64,000 nucleotides of DNA from the human T2T-CHM13v2.0 reference genome, Homo sapiens: NCBI RefSeq assembly GCF_009914755.1, contig NC_060927.1. One strand, given 5' to 3'. Both the position numbers and the translations under genes were made by a program. Below, one piece after another: positions 1 through 12,669 of the stretch. The notes beneath the pieces were generated by a model. That model did not search any database. It was not told the origin of the DNA and saw nothing but the letters and a program-made list of their open reading frames with translations. How positions within the stretch are numbered: position 1 is the stretch's first letter; every line of letters begins with the position of its first letter.

Positions 1-1860
1 ATAAAAATATTATATTTTTATGTATATTTAAATATAAATATATAATTTTTATATATTTATATTTATATATTTATATTTATATATAATATATAATTTATAT
101 AATATATAATTTATATAATATATAATTTATATAATATATATGTAATTTATATTTCTATAATATATAAATATAATATATTTATATATAATTTATATATATA
201 ATATACATAATATAATATATTAATATATTATATTATGTATATTATATATATAAATTATATATAATATAATATATTAATATATTATATATATTATAGATAT
301 AATATATATAATATAAATTATATAATACATATAATGTATATAATTTATATATATATAATTTATATATAATATATTATATATTATATATATTATATTATAA
401 TTATATAATTATATATTTTATAATATATATATTATATTTATATTTTATATAATATATTATATAATATATATTATATAAATTAAAAAATATATATATTTTA
501 ATATATATATTAAATATATAAAAAATATAAAATATATATTTATAATATATATTTTATATATTTATATATTTATTAAATATATATAAATATATATTAAATA
601 TAAAAATATATAAAATAAAAAAAATATATATTTATAATATATATAATATAATATACATAATAATTATATATAATAATTATATATAATTATTATATATAAT
701 AATTATATATAATTATTATATATAATAATTATATATAATATATATTATATATATTGTATATAATATATATAATATATTATATAAATAATGTATAAATATA
801 TATTACAAATATATATTATATATTTATATATTATAAATATACAATGTATATTATATATTATAAATATATATTGTATATTTATATATTATAAATATATATT
901 ATATATTATAAATATATATTGTATATATATTATAAATATATATTGTATATATTATAAATATATGTTGTATATATATTATAAATATATGTTGTATATATAT
1001 TATAAATATATGTTGTATATATATTATAAATATATGTTGTATATATATTATAAATATATGTTGTATATATATTATAAATATATGTTGTATATATATTATA
1101 AATATATGTTGTATATATATTATAAATATATGTTGTATATATATTATAAATATATGTTGTATATATATTATAAATATATGTTGTATATATATTATAAATA
1201 TATGTTGTATATATATTATAAATATATGTTGTATATATATTATAAATATATGTTGTATATATATTATAAATATATGTTGTATATATTATAAATATATATT
1301 ATATATATATTATAAATATATATTATAAATATATATTATATATTATAAATATATATTATAAATATATATTATATATTATAAATATATATTATAAATATAT
1401 ATTATAAATATATAATATATATTATAAAATATAATATATATTAAATATATAATATATATTATAAATATATATTATAAATATATAATATATATTATAAATA
1501 TATATTATTTATATATCATATATAAAATATTATATATTTATATATTATAAATATATTATATATTATAAATATATAATATATTTTATAATATTATATATTT
1601 TCTATATTTATATATTATATAAATATATATAATATATTATATATAATATAAATATATAATATATAATATGTAATATAAATATATAATATATAATATATTA
1701 TATAAATATATATAATATATTATATATTATATATAATATAATATATTAAATGTTAAATATAATATAATATAATATATATAATATATAAATATATATATTT
1801 ATATAATATATAAATAGAAAAAAATAATATATATAATATATAAATATATATAAATATACA
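1..1860. repeat. Long interrupted (TA)n / AT-rich low-complexity array, continuing off the left edge
   Basis: Almost exclusively A/T with TATA, TAAT and ATAA sub-units over 1.86 kb. Confidence 0.97.
950..1285. repeat. Minisatellite, 14 perfect copies of 24 bp TATTATAAATATATGTTGTATATA
   Basis: Unit read directly; the same period appears as (YYKYMLYI)x14 in the spurious ORF 788..1291. Confidence 0.95.
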
Positions 1861-1861
1861 T

Positions 1862-2150
1862 ACACACACATACTGTGCAGCGATGCAAAAATATTTTCTT
1901 TCTTTATATTCTTATTTTGTAAGCCTTTTTCTGTTTTTAATTTTTTTAACCTTTTAATCTATTTTGTTAAAAACTAAGACACGAACACACGCAAAAGGTT
2001 AGAGTCACCAATATCACTGTCTTCCACCTCCACATCTTGTCCCACTGGAAGGTCTTCAGGGGCAGTAACATGCATGGAGCTGTCATCTCCTACATTAACA
2101 ATGCCTTCTTCTGGAATTCCTCCTGAAGGACCTGCCTGAGGCTATTTTAC
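1862..2150 (-). mobile_element. Tigger3b-like DNA transposon, internal segment (inverted relative to 2461-3010)
   Basis: aatatcactgtcttccacctccacatcttgtcccactggaaggtcttcagg matches the Tigger3 reverse complement and the second copy at about 41820-41930. Confidence 0.85.
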
Positions 2151-2170
2151 ATTATATATAATATACACAG

Positions 2171-2457
2171 TTTTTTGAGATGGAGTCTCGCTCTGTCACC
2201 CAGGCTGGAGTGCAGTGGTGTGGTCTCGGCTTACTGCAACCTCTGCCTCCCAGGTTCAAGCAATTCTCTGCCTCAGCTTCCCGAGTAGCTGGGATTACAG
2301 GCACCCGCCACCATGCCTGGCTAATTTTTTTGTATTTTTAGTAGAGATGAGGTTTTACCATCTTGGACAGGCTGGTCTTGAACTCCTGACCTCATGATCC
2401 ACCTGCCTCGGCCTCCCAAAGTGTTGGGATTACAGGCTTGAGCCACTGCGCCCAGCC
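2171..2457 (-). mobile_element. Alu (AluS-type)
   Basis: Full dimer, gagatggagtctcgctctgtc...gagccactgcgcccagcc; very short T tail. Confidence 0.95.
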
Positions 2458-2460
2458 CAA

Positions 2461-3006
2461 TCTAAGTGTTATTACAAAAGCGTCAAAAAGTTAAAAAATT
2501 GAAAAGTTTATGAAGTAAAAAAGTTACAGTAAGCTAAGGGTAACTTATTATTGAAGAGTGAACAGTTTAAAAAATAAATTTAGTATAGCCTAAGTGTACA
2601 GTGTTTATAAAGTGTACAATAGTGTACAGTAATATTCTAGCCTTTCACATTAACTCACCACCCACACACTGACTCACCCAGAGCAACTTCCAGTCCTGCA
2701 GGCTCTGTTCAGGGTAAGCAAACATTTTAAATCTTTTATAGGGTATTTTTACTGTACCTTTTCTATGTTTAGATACATAAATTCTTACTGTTGCATTACA
2801 ATTGCCTACAGTATTCAGTGTAGTAACATGCTATACAGGTTTGTAGCTAGGAGCAATAGGCTATACCACATTGCCTAGATGTCTGATACACCATGTAGGC
2901 TATACCATCTAGGTTTGTATAAGTACACTCGATGCTGTTCACACAATGATAAAATTGCCTAATGATGCATTTCTTTAGAAGTATCCCTGTTGTTAAGCAA
3001 TGCATG

Positions 3007-3010
<4 letters not shown>
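2461..3010 (+). mobile_element. Tigger3b-like DNA transposon, 3' half with terminal inverted repeat
   Basis: ctaagtgttattacaaaag...gactcacccagagcaacttccagtcctgca... ending in TIR gttaagcaatgcatgactg. Confidence 0.88.

Positions 3011-3058
<48 letters not shown>
3009..3058. repeat. (TG)n microsatellite
   Basis: About 24 uninterrupted TG units. Confidence 0.97.
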
Positions 3059-3065
<7 letters not shown>

Positions 3066-3084
3066 ACACATACACACAGGGGGA

Positions 3085-3395
3085 GAGAGAGAGACAGACA
3101 AGAGAGAGCAAGTAGGCTGCAGGCTAAAGACCCAGGGAGGAGGTGATGTTTCAGTTGAGTCTGAAGGCAGTCTGCTGGCAGATTTTCTCCTCCTTGGGGG
3201 ATGTCAGTCTAAGGCCTTCAACTGATTGGATGAGACCCATTCACATCGGGGAAGGTAATTTGTTTGATTCAAAGTCTAGTGATTTAAATGTTAACATCAT
3301 TCTAAAAATACCTTCACAGCAACAAGCAGACATGTTTGACTAAAGATCTGAGTACCATGGCCCAGCCAAGTTGACACATAAAATAAACCGTCACA
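3085..3395 (-). mobile_element. MLT2 (ERVL) LTR fragment, MLT2C/D-like
   Basis: aaggccttcaactgattggatgag and terminus gccaagttgacacataaaataaaccgtcaca (TGTGA.. on the minus strand). Confidence 0.8.
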
Positions 3396-4179
3396 GAGAC
3401 TAACTGACGTCTCTCCATCCTGGTCATTGGAAAGCTTAGGAGCCTCTTGTTTGTGGACCATGGGTGGGCAGTGGGGAGATTTCTCCTGCAGACAAAAACC
3501 CAGCATGCTGGCTTCCCCCTGCCCAGCACAGAGCTGAACCATACTCATGGGTCAGGAGGAAGAACCACTCACAGGGGCATGCACACTGTAAGGTCCCCTG
3601 GACTGGGGCTGCTGTCTTGGGGGTGGATGGGGTGGGTGGTTTGGTGGAATATCCCTCTGGATCAGCAGAGCAGCAAATGCATTCCTAGGGAGCCCCACTC
3701 TATTAATGGGATGTCCAAAGGAGACTCCTGGGTGTTGGCATGACCCGCAGCCCTTTCTTCTTCCCAGAGAGAGTTAACAGTACATAGGATTTCTAGACCA
3801 GGAATGTCTTCTTTCCAGAATGTTCTCAAGCCTTTCCTGTCAGTAACTGTTCATCTAGTAGAGTTCCTGCAGGAACCTGCAGGCTCTGGTTACACCCTTG
3901 TGGGAACTGGCTGGGTCCTCCAGGTAGAAAGGGAGGCGCTGAGGAGTGGGGAGAAGCTTTAGTCGTGGCATCTCTATGGAGCAAGGAGCCCTGCAGTCTG
4001 GCTGCCTAGACCAGCCCAGTTTCTTTGGTTCTCTGAGCCCAGTGAAGACAGGCCTGGTCACACAGATGGCATGTCTTTGACCAAAGGCTTGATTGTGTCC
4101 TCATCTGGCAGAGACCAGCACAGCCCACCAGTCATCTCGTCATCTGTTTCTACCTCTGTGAGCTCAACTCACGGAGAAA

Positions 4180-4760
4180 GGGTATGGTAGCATGGGGAAC
4201 CCTGGAACACATAGAAGGGAGACATCTAGTGCAACCCAGGGGTTCAGGGAAGGACATTTGAGGAGACATCAGGATAGTACCTGGTGAAGTTGTGTGTGTC
4301 TAAGTGTCTATGTGTCCTTTGCAGAGGTCCCGAATTAAGACAGAATATGGCCCAGTCAAGGCCCTGCAAGTGTTCAGTGTGATTGGAACCTTGAGTCGTG
4401 GATGGAGGCAGTGGGAGGCAGCACAGAGAGGCAGGTTCTTAGCCTCGCAGGTTACAGGCCAGGCTTGTGAGCAAGACTAAGGAGTTCAGACTCCATCCTA
4501 TGGACAGCAATGGGGCAGCTTTAAGTTTTTGAGAGCTGACAATATGGAATGGAGGGAGTGAGGCTGGGGGCTGGGGCCATGAGGAGGCTGTGGTCGTTAC
4601 CCGGGTGACTGAAAGGAGGACTGTGGCCATGGAGGTCAGGTGGAGGGTGCAGAACTGGATGCCACTGACAGGATGTATTGGTTGGATGATTGAATGTGCA
4701 GCATGATGAGGAGTGAGGGGCCAAGCATGATGGAGGCCAGGTCTCTAGCTTGGGGGCTAC
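4180..4760 (-). mobile_element. Degenerate L2 LINE fragments
   Basis: Purine-rich L2-like segments such as taaggagttcagactccatcctatggacagcaatgggg; highly diverged. Confidence 0.45.
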
Positions 4761-5882
4761 TTTAATGGAAAGGCCACCACCTTCTTCAAAGGTGTTGGGC
4801 TCCCCTTTTCTGAGGCTCCCATCCAGTTCCCATGAGCCCCCTTACTGTAATAGCCCATCACATGAACTTGAACTTGGCTAGGATTGCCCAGTGCCATTGT
4901 CAGTTTCTTGGCACACAGCCCCAAGGTCAGCCTGAGATTGGGGGCCTGGCCCAGGGATGAGTGGGTGGGAATGTGGTGATGGGCAAGTTCAGCTGAGGCT
5001 GCATAACTCTGCCAGGGCACTGGGGCCGGAGACTGGATGCCCTTTGCAGGGGCTCAGACCTCTTCCTTGACTCCTGGTTCTGGTGCCCCAGGGGTTGTTG
5101 CATCTCCCAGAAGGGGGCTGACCTGGCTGTTCTCAGAGATATTTTCTAAACTGCTACCTTGTGGCTGCAGTCTAAAGGTTGGCAGTTACATGTCAGAAAA
5201 ATCTGCATGGAGTGCCTACTATGTGCTTGGCCCTGTGCTGGGTTCTGAGTGAGAGAGGGAGATGCAACACCTGTGAAGTGTATAGGGAAACCAAGCTGTG
5301 AGGCAGGATACACTAGGAGACCAACTGCTGACACCCAGTGCTCAGAAGTGTATTTGGTAGCAGCTTAGGAAAGGGGAAAGGCAGTGTGGACCAGAGTTAA
5401 GGAGGTCTCAGGTAGGAGGAGCAGCTTAAGTCTTGTCCAATGCTCATATAAAGTAAGGGAAAGGGAGGTGTTGTCCAGGATGGGGGAATGGTGAAAGAAA
5501 GGCAGGGTCCAGGAGTGAGCAATGAGAAGAGTGGCTACATGTGTGTGTTTAAATTGCACAGGTCTGGCATTGCTTCTTTATATGTTCTCTAAAGTCTACA
5601 ATGTACAAATTATGCATTTCTGGTTCTAATGGGGTGGAGGGACAACTGGGTACATTTTCCCTTTTGCATCATGAGTTGAGGCAGACAGCTTGGTTTTGCA
5701 TGGGCAGTGGGTACAGCTTATCTCACTGTGCCACAGATGAGAGCAGGGTTGGAGAGTGCAAAGCACTCCTTGGCCCAGCCGGTGGGAGCTGCTCAGTGCT
5801 CCACCCTAGGCTCTGTTTTCATCAGGGCTTCATAACCCACTCTGTCCCCAAGGCCTCTCAGTCTAGGCCAGGCCTGTAGCAT

Positions 5883-6093
5883 GTCACCATGGCAACCTTC
5901 TGGAATCTCAGCATGGTTAGAGGCACAGTGAAGTCATTAGATGACCAGTCATGAAAATCGACACCAGGGAACTAGTTTCCAACACCAAGTTCGTGGGTGG
6001 GGCATTGGGGTACACAGTGTACAACCTAGATGGCTGTGGTCAGCACTTCTGTCATCAGGCAGGAGCGAGTGGACATCTGGCTGAGGGGCGGGG
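5883..6093. promoter_or_regulatory. Candidate regulatory element: RFX X-box, steroid-receptor-like palindrome, GC box
   Basis: GTCACCATGGCAAC (5883-5896), GGTACAcagTGTACA (6009-6023), GGGGCGGGG (6085-6093) in sequence not recognised as a repeat. Motif evidence only. Confidence 0.35.
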
Positions 6094-7124
6094 GGCTCGC
6101 TCAGCCCATAGTAGTGGCAGGCAGAAGGATAGCAAGGAGAGTTCTGTGTCATTTCCGAGATGGGGGAAGGTCTGGCCTGGGCCTGACGGAGTGGATGGCT
6201 CAGCCAGCTGACAGTTGTGTTGGGTCAGATGTGGCAGTGTTTCCCCTGCTGTTTCCTGAGGCCCATCTTGGCCTCTCCTGACCACATCCTGCCCCTGCAG
6301 TATACAGTATAGTGGCCCACAGCATGGGCTGGGGTAGCTTGGCTGGCCCATGGGGGCTTGCCTTAGGAGGGCAGCCAGGGGAAGGGCTGTGGGATATCCA
6401 ACTTGTGTGCTAGGTATGCTAGGTAACTTGATTCCTACACGTGAGGGTTTTTCCATTTGTCAAATTGGTTTTTCCTTCTGGTTGCACAGTACAGATAAGC
6501 CTGGCTCAACTGTCAGTGGGCCACCAAGCTGCCCTCCTTCCTTGGATGGCTGCCTCTGCGTTCTTCTGAGTTTCACCTGCCCAGTCTGTTTTCCTCACTT
6601 GGGCTGGAGTCATCTTCCCAAACCTGCACCTGGAGAGTGAGCTCCTTAACTCTGCAGCTGGAGACCTGGTCTTGCCCACAGCTCCCACCTCATCACCTCA
6701 GCCTGTGCTCCTCCCATCCCATTGTTTGGAAACTTCTCCTCTCACCCCTCTGTCTCCTCTTCCAGGAGGCTCTCCCTGATCTTGCCTCTGTGCTTCCCAA
6801 AACATCAGTGCCACTCATTTCTCATTGCCCTGGTCAGGCGGTGCAATATCACCTGCCCTGATCAGGTGATAGACTTGCCTGTCTATCACCTCTTTTCAGA
6901 GTGAGCTCTTTCAGCAAGTAAGCCCTATGCTTAGGGGGAGTTTTCTGAACCAAACCCATTGTGAACGGGACCCAGGAGGGATGGGGAAAACCCTCTGTGG
7001 CTGGTGATTGCTGAGCAGCCTGAGGAAAGGACTTTTGCTTCTCCAGAGACTCCTGGGCAGACCATGCCACTGAAGAGCCAGTAGAGTCAAAACTCACACT
7101 GAAGTTGGAAGGCAGATGATAACA

Positions 7125-7370
7125 CTATTAAGCTTCCACACAGAATGCTTACCGTGTGCCAGCACTGTTTCGCAATGTTTGCACATCTTATCTCTAACCG
7201 TCACAGGGCTCTGGAAGGTTGGTAGTATCATAAACATTCCTCCGATGAAGAAACTGAGGTTCGGAGAGGTTAGTTGACTTGCCCAAGTTCCCACAGCTGG
7301 TAACAGTTGGAGCAGGGATTAGAATCCATGTTGGTGTCATCTCAAAGCCCATTTCTTTCCATCACTTCAC
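7125..7370 (-). mobile_element. MIR SINE
   Basis: Core gaaactgaggttcggagaggttagttgacttgcccaagttcccacagct. Confidence 0.85.
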
Positions 7371-9974
7371 CCTGGTTCTTTGTGAGCCTGGCCTGTGGGA
7401 ACAGACCTTCTCCAGAAAGGTCCACTGAAGCCTGAAGAGCATGTGCTGTTTGTTTCTTACCCAGCATTCTGTCAGGGTCCCTGGCACGAGCATCTGAAAA
7501 CTTATGTAAACTCTTAAGGGCATGAGCCCTGACATCAGGGCCCAGCTCCTTCTCTGTTAGTGTTTCCTAATTGATACTATCCCAGTGATTGCTTTAGAAA
7601 TTGACTTTGATGAAAAAGCTTTTAATTACATAATAAATTACTCTCAGAGGAACAGGCCGTTGTGTCATGGCTCTGCCACGTGTGGGGCAGGGAGCTGGCT
7701 GAAGGGAGTGTTTGGGATGAGTTGACATGCATCCTCCCACAGCATGCCTCTGCATTTTTCCGTGGTGACTACAAGATGGATTTTGGGACTTGAATGGCCC
7801 ACCGGGATAACACACAAGTATATGGGCCACAGGGAAATATCTGCACCATTTTGCTCCTAGTGGACCAGAGAAAGCTGAATGTGAAAGAAGCCTTGTTTTG
7901 AAATGTGTTTTCAAAATAAAGGGTTTCATAACAATCACGATTGCAGAAATAACTGCTGATGGGAATAACTTCCTGGAAAGCAGAGGCCTCCATGACAGTT
8001 GGGATTTAAAAGGCTAGACCATGTTACAAAACAGGTTTACCTAATTGAAACTCAGCATTGCTGTTCACACACACACACGCACACGCACCCCTCTCTTAGG
8101 CTGAGGCTTTATTGTTAGCCTCTGATGCCCTTTCATTGGTAGCCTCTGATACTCTGCCAAGGACCACTGGGCCTTTGTTTCAAGGTTTAGGGCAACATAG
8201 GGTGCTGAAGTGGACTTTCCATTCTCCTTCTGCCTCCATGTCCCTGGTCTAAACAAAGTGGCTGGAGGTAGCTGCTTGTGTATTGGTTGCCTTGAGATTA
8301 ACTGTATGTCTCTGCCTCCTGGCCACAACTGATTGGATCAGGCATTGAGGCCCAGCCAAAGGCAGCCCCTCAAAGGCCAGCGAGATGGGCTGTTGCAGGA
8401 TGCTGTTTAATAGAAACTCAGTGTTTGGTATTGTGGTTAATGGGCCCGATCAGATCCTCTCCTCTGTGGTACCTAAGAGAGATAGTTGAGAGCAGGCAGG
8501 CAGATAAAAGGCAGAAATCAAGAGTTTTAGAAGCAATGGGATAACAGGATAGTAGGGACTATTGAGAGGGCAGCTGATAGCAACCAGAGGAGACAGAGGA
8601 ACACCAGGTCATGAGAATGTCAGAACCATGGGAAAACAGTGGCCTCCTGAAGGTAACTCTTGTTGTTTATGGGGCCTGGCTGAGCACCTACATGCAGCCT
8701 TACAATAAACATTCATCCTCTTTGGGTCGAGTTTGATTGGTGACTTTATGTAGAATCTAAAACAGTTGATCTCGTAGAAGCAGAAAGTAGAATAGTGGTT
8801 ACTAGTGTCTGGAAAAGGGAGGAGAAAGAGGGAGGGGGAGAGGTTGGTTTAGAAAGCCAGAATACGAAATCCTTCCCCAAAACCCCACACATCCCTGGAG
8901 AGCCTCTGAACCTGTTTAGCTCCTTGCTTCCTAATGGAACCTACCCAGCCAAGGGCCCGCACACATTCTTGCCTCTGTTGGGCACCAGAGACAAGGAAAG
9001 AGAAGATTCTGCCGAGGGGAATTGCCAGCCTTGGCACAGTCTCCCTGCCCCCCTTCAATGGGCTTTTGGGTTAGGGAGGGTGGCTTTGAGACCATCTGCT
9101 TCTCTGTCAGAGGAAGTAGGGGGAGGTACTCTGCCGAGGCTGGAGACTCTTGGCAGCCCCAGGAGACCTGGTTTCCAGACCAGAAGAGTTTTCCACAGAG
9201 GTGGAAGGACACGGTTCTGCTTTGGATTTGGAAAGGGTCTTGCTGCATTTTTCCAATGTTGGTTCAACGAAACTCAAAACTGTTTTTCCTAACGCTTTCT
9301 TCCCTTCGTATTTAAGCCACTCTGTATGCGTGGAGAAAGTCAGTACATGTGCTTTTGATTCCTTTACTCTGAAATCATCACCCTTTCTCTCTTGAGAAAT
9401 CCTGTGTCTCAGAAACCTTCGGAGACATTTAAGCCCTCTCACCCCCTCTTTAAACCAGGACTCTGCATGCTGCTGAAAGCAAATGAATGTGGAGGGTTTC
9501 AAACAAGACAAAAGGCATTCCTCCCTGCCCAATCCCAGTGCAGTCAAGGCCAACCTAGGCAGCAGCCACCTTCTCAGGAAACAAGGCCTTGGAGAAATCA
9601 GTGCCTGTGTGAAGATGGTGTCGGCTGAAAAGAAGAGCAATGGCGTCAAGTACTAAATGATTATCAAGGGTCAACTTCTGTATCTGTATCAGCTGCAACA
9701 CACTGTCTTTAATACCCCCAGCCCAGGAGCTCGTGCCTTACATGCTGGGCCCACATTCTGCCCCAAGCAGAAGCTGCAGGGACCTCAGTGTCCACCCTTC
9801 CTGCCTCATGTCTCAAGGCAGCAGCTCCTCTCTGGTAACCTGATGGTGATGTGGCCAGGGTGCCGAGATGGGACAGCAAAGATGATGGGCTCTGCACACC
9901 AACTCCAGGAAACTCATTCTGGGCCAGCTCTATGCAAAGGGAAAAGCATGTTGCATTCACCTAGGCCAAGAAAC

Positions 9975-10205
9975 AGTGTTGTAGGTTAAGGGCATGGACT
10001 GCTTGAGTTCAGTGCCAGCTATGCCACTTACCAGCTGTGGGACCTTGGGCAAGTTGCCTTTGTGCCTATGCTTCCACTTTCCTTTTCCCTCCACCATGAA
10101 GATGGGTTAAGAGTCTCAAGGTTGTGGTGACTGTAGATATATGAGTGTGCATTTGCTATGCTTTACCTGTCTGGCATCTAGCAAACATTCTTCACATGTT
10201 TGCTG
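9975..10205 (+). mobile_element. MIR SINE
   Basis: ccacttaccagctgtgggaccttgggcaagtt core. Confidence 0.7.
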
Positions 10206-10224
10206 TTATCAAGATTGTTGTATA

Positions 10225-10420
10225 TGTGAATGAAATGATACGATGTCTCAGATTTGCTTTAAAATAATAGGGAGGTTGGGGAAGTGGGTTGGGGTACAGA
10301 CGAAACAGGAGTAGGTGTGAGTTGATAATTGTTGAAGTTAAGTGATCAGTACGTGGGTTTATTACACTATTCTTTTCACATTTGCTTTGAAACTGTTCAT
10401 AAAAATTTCCATAATAAAAG
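10225..10420 (+). mobile_element. Old L1 (L1ME-type) 3' end
   Basis: ttgataattgttgaag...tttattacactattcttttcacatttg...ttccataataaaag. Confidence 0.65.
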
Positions 10421-10874
10421 TTCTATATATATATAAATATATACATACATATGAGAAAATGATGTTTATAGCAGAGCTTCACTAGACATGGTATGTAGCA
10501 TGTAGTGCACAAGCTGATTTTAAGTGATATTCAGATGGCCTTTTAAATTTAATTATTATGTATTTAAAATTTAATTAATTATAGCAAGTGATATGAACTG
10601 TGATAATGCAGAAGGTTTCCTTTTAAAATAAAGTTCAGTCAAAAAAGTGAGATGATTTGATGAAAGCAATTGGGAGATAATGTAAAAGGAAAAGGTATGT
10701 GGATGTTGCAAACATTGTGGAGGTAGAAATTGGACTGCTACAGCTGAGGAAACATCATTAAAGTACTGATGAGAAAGGGCTCATGTTCATTACTCTGAGT
10801 GCACATTGTGTTGGCCTTACAGGGTCATTTATCTAGACGGTTTAGCGTGGGGGTCATGGCAGCAAGAGGCAGAA

Positions 10875-11090
10875 ATGAGAGTGTGGGCTTTGGAGATGCA
10901 CAGACCTCTCTTCAATTTTTGACTCTGCCATATAATGGCTGTGTGACACTGGGCACATGACTTACCTGCTCTGTGCCTCATTTCCTCATATACAAAACAT
11001 CTTAAAATGTCCTTGGAAGAATTAAATGAGATAATGCTTGTCATGCACCTAGCACAGCGCCTGCCATGTAACAGGTGCTTAATAAATGGA
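10875..11090 (+). mobile_element. MIR SINE
   Basis: gctgtgtgacactgggca...gtgcctcatttcctcat...attaaatgagataatg...gtgcttaataaatg. Confidence 0.85.
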
Positions 11091-11459
11091 ATGTGCTCAA
11101 GAAAGAAGTAGAAAGTACAGCTTTGAGCCTCAGAGTCCATGGTCTGAGCATGATCCTCACAAGTTCAAACCTCATTCAGAACAATTTTATTCCTACTTTT
11201 GACACAATTCTAACGAGTGTGTTTTTTGTTCATTTGGCCGTTTTCTCAGTCTGCGGCTCTTGAGAAATGGACAGGAGACAGGTGGGGGCCTGCTGAGCAG
11301 ACAGAAGTGGGGACCTATGGATTGGCACAGTCAATGCATCATTAGCTACAGGATATATCCTGTGGGTCCTTGGCTTGTTTCAATAACACTGTTGGTGGGT
11401 TAGTAATTCTTTGCTTAAAACAGCTCTCATCGCAGTCAAGCCAAAATGTGTCTATAATT

Positions 11460-11710
11460 CTAATAACAGTTTTTATGGAGTGTTTACTGTGTGCCAGGGA
11501 CAATGCTAATTACTCCACATCCATTTTCTGATTTAACTACTGTGACAACCCTCCAAAAAGTGTCACTGTTCTCATGTTTGAGGACACTGAGGCTGAGGAG
11601 ACTGAGGCTGAAAGGATGTAGTGACTTCCCTAGGGTCACACAGCAAGTAAGTGGCAGACCAGTTTAGAACCAGGTGTGATTCCAAAGCCCATGTGCATGG
11701 CCACAGAACT
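11460..11710 (-). mobile_element. MIR SINE
   Basis: tttactgtgtgccaggg...actgaggct...gtgacttccctagggtcacacagcaagtaagtggcaga. Confidence 0.8.
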
Positions 11711-12612
11711 CTATCAGCTCTCTATCCAGTGGTCCCCTAACCTTCTAAAGACCCCCCCTTGGCTCCTCAAGAGCAGTACCTTCCTTGTCCCAGTATGTGG
11801 ACCTGGTCTTGGGATGGTGGTACAAGGTCCTCATTAGTCCAGCTTGTGGGTACAGCTGCCTGCTGGGAAGGGCACCAGCCAGAGTGTGCAGGCACCAGCA
11901 CCCAACCTGGCTGAGATATGGCTCTTCCCAGGCTGGAGACCCTTTAGACATTTGCACTTAAAAGTGAAAGCTCTGCACATCTTCAGAGGAGATGTAAAGA
12001 CAAGCAGGCTTTGAACATTTGCAGACTATATTTTTAGGTCACAAGGACCTTCCTTTTTTGTGTGTGTGATGGGGTGCAGGGATGGAAAACATATGCCTTA
12101 GTTTCTGTCACTTGTGCCCCAAACCCCAAAGATAATGGTTAGTTGAGTTTCACAGTAGCCTGTTAACAGATTTTCAAGTAATTTTCCACTAATCCAGCAG
12201 TCCTCTGCAGATATCCATAGGCATCTAGTATTTCCAAAGAGAAAAACATTAGCCCATGGTTTAGATATGGTGATGTTCATTAATTGTATTCACATAGACT
12301 TCCGTATTGGGCTATCTCTGGTACAGAAAAAAATGGTGCTTCCAGAAGTCACACTAGGGGATACTCAGCAAATATGAGGTATTTTCACAGGTAACAGGCA
12401 AAAATGCCAGCATTTACATGTTGCCTTTTTAAAGTAGTTCCCCTTAGGCTCTACACTTGTTCAAAGAAGTTGTCATTATGCTATGCTTTTGGGTGGTTTC
12501 CCCTAAGTGACCACCTTCAGAACCTTTAACAAATTCATTTCAGTGCCTTTAATTGAGGCAAATCTGGCAGATTTGGCCTTTATGAAGTCCCAAAGGTCAG
12601 ATCGATTAAGTC

Positions 12613-12649
<37 letters not shown>

Positions 12650-12659
12650 GTGTGTGTGT
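12613..12659. repeat. (TG)n microsatellite, interrupted
   Basis: TG run with two TA interruptions. Confidence 0.95.
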
Positions 12660-12669
12660 TGATTGTTTT

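Noticed and set aside
950-1285. CRISPR-like periodicity
   Set aside because: Head-to-tail identical units with no spacers, in eukaryotic DNA with no cas genes.
788-1291. 167 aa ORF with (YYKYMLYI)n
   Set aside because: Translation of the 24 bp AT-rich minisatellite; no sign of a gene.
2847-3225. ORFs with HTHT / VCVC runs (also 12503-12685, 15131-15348, 43533-43862, 48602-49069)
   Set aside because: Read-through of (TG)n/(CA)n microsatellites.
3812-3826. Three-unit heat-shock element TTCcaGAAtgTTC
   Set aside because: Only nine specified bases; a chance occurrence in 64 kb is unremarkable and there is no promoter context.
5951-6211. 86 aa ORF MKIDTRELVS...
   Set aside because: No recognisable homology or exon structure; similar-length ORFs overlap it in several frames.
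8795-9649. 165-180 aa ORFs on both strands
   Set aside because: Non-ATG starts, partly L1-derived, no domain similarity; consistent with background.
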